A stretch of 64,000 nt of DNA from Eledone cirrhosa (lineage: Eukaryota): assembly GCA_964016885.1 (NCBI GenBank), contig OZ024741.1, positions 205,158,001 to 205,222,000 of the forward strand, read 5' to 3'. The notes beneath the pieces are model-generated. The model did no database searches, had not been told where the DNA came from, and saw only the letters and a list, made by a program, of their open reading frames with translations. The position numbers and the translations under genes are program-made. Of this stretch, positions 63,203 through 64,000 are shown piece by piece (the stretch's first letter is position 1; the number at the start of each line of letters is the position of its first letter).

Positions 63203-64000
63203 GACTGCACGAGGCAGACGTGGATTCCACAAACTGTAGTGAAGGCATCCCATCTAGGAGAGCAGTGACTGATTAAAAACAACTGCCTGGAGATGTGGAG
63301 CCTGTAAGCTGTAGTGAAGGAAGGCAACCCATATAGGAGGGCAGTGACTCTGATGAAAAAACGACTCCACAGGGCAGATATGGGCACTGTAAACCGTAGT
63401 AAAGGCTACTCGTCTAGGAGAGTAGACACTCCAAATAAAAACTGATACAGGAAGGAGAGAAATCTTAAGTCTGCTAAGACAACCCCTCTAGTGCTGGTGG
63501 CACGAACAATGCACTCAGTCCATGCTCTAAAGTGGTTGGTGATAGGAAGGGCATCCAGCCAGCAAAAGCCAGCCAAAATTATGAAAAGCATGGCCAATAT
63601 GATTTCCACTAGTTGTGAACACAGGGCTAACACTAGTCATGTTAGTGCAGCACACGATAGTGGGGTGGCTAGAGTAGCCATGTGTGAGAACCCCTCAAAC
63701 GTCATCAAGCAATCGTACAACCACTTTCTCTTTCAAGTACATAGAACCTCTAACCAAAGTAACAACTATCAAAGTACAAATCTCAGAACTGCCACCCTCA
63801 TTGTTGGTACTCTGAAAGGCAAATCAGGTGAAATTGTGGAACTGTTAGAGAAAAGAAGAGTAGGTGTATGCTGTGTACAAGAAGTGAGATGGAGGGGTAC
63901 CTCAGCGAGATGAATCACGAGCAAGCAACTTAGATATAAACTCTACTGGGTCAGAAATGACAATGCAGTAGGAAGTGTAAGCATCCTAGTAGCTGAGAAA
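63203..64000 (+). mobile_element. 5' end of another RTE LINE (repeat-containing 5' UTR and APE N-terminus), continuing beyond the window
   Basis: LRTATLIVGTLKGKSGEIVELLEKRRVGVCCVQEVRWRG (from ~63780), then a stop and YKLYW..N..VG.V.ILVAEK. Confidence 0.85.

Noticed and set aside
63345-63375. CTGATGA followed by an A-run as a possible hammerhead
   Set aside because: No stem II and no GAAA-stem III-UH; the motif is not kept in the neighbouring repeat units

Overview
AT-rich, repeat-dense eukaryotic DNA. It is probably an octopus or other cephalopod (inferred from the PHD-bearing RTE LINEs, the SINE families and the long TA microsatellites). The only host gene I can recognise is a WAVE/SCAR (WASF-family) gene on the minus strand, with two confident WAVE-homology-domain exons (60066-59913 and 54916-54793). 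Most of the window is probably its intronic or downstream sequence and contains several unproven small cassette or micro-exons. The remainder is transposon-derived: a near-full-length RTE LINE with a PHD finger inserted inside the RT (14.4-17.9 kb) plus decayed relatives, Rex3-like RTE fragments, two Dong/R4 LINEs, CR1-like LINEs, a Helitron, a mariner, hAT/pogo/TTAA MITEs and tRNA-derived SINEs. The most notable signal is invisible in the ORF track: seven type I hammerhead-ribozyme folds, read by eye from CUGANGA/GAAA/UH cores and their stems. They comprise a mirror-image pair forming a 200-bp palindrome (3.1-3.3 kb), one minimal copy (14.2 kb), and four different copies in a Penelope-like/retrozyme cluster (42-45.7 kb) around a GIY-YIG endonuclease remnant and a 1.5-kb inverted repeat. 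I also found a tandem, covarying pseudoknot-like RNA module shared by RTE UTRs and SINE tails. All family assignments rest on visual motif recognition; no database search or folding program was run. There is one 200-N assembly gap.
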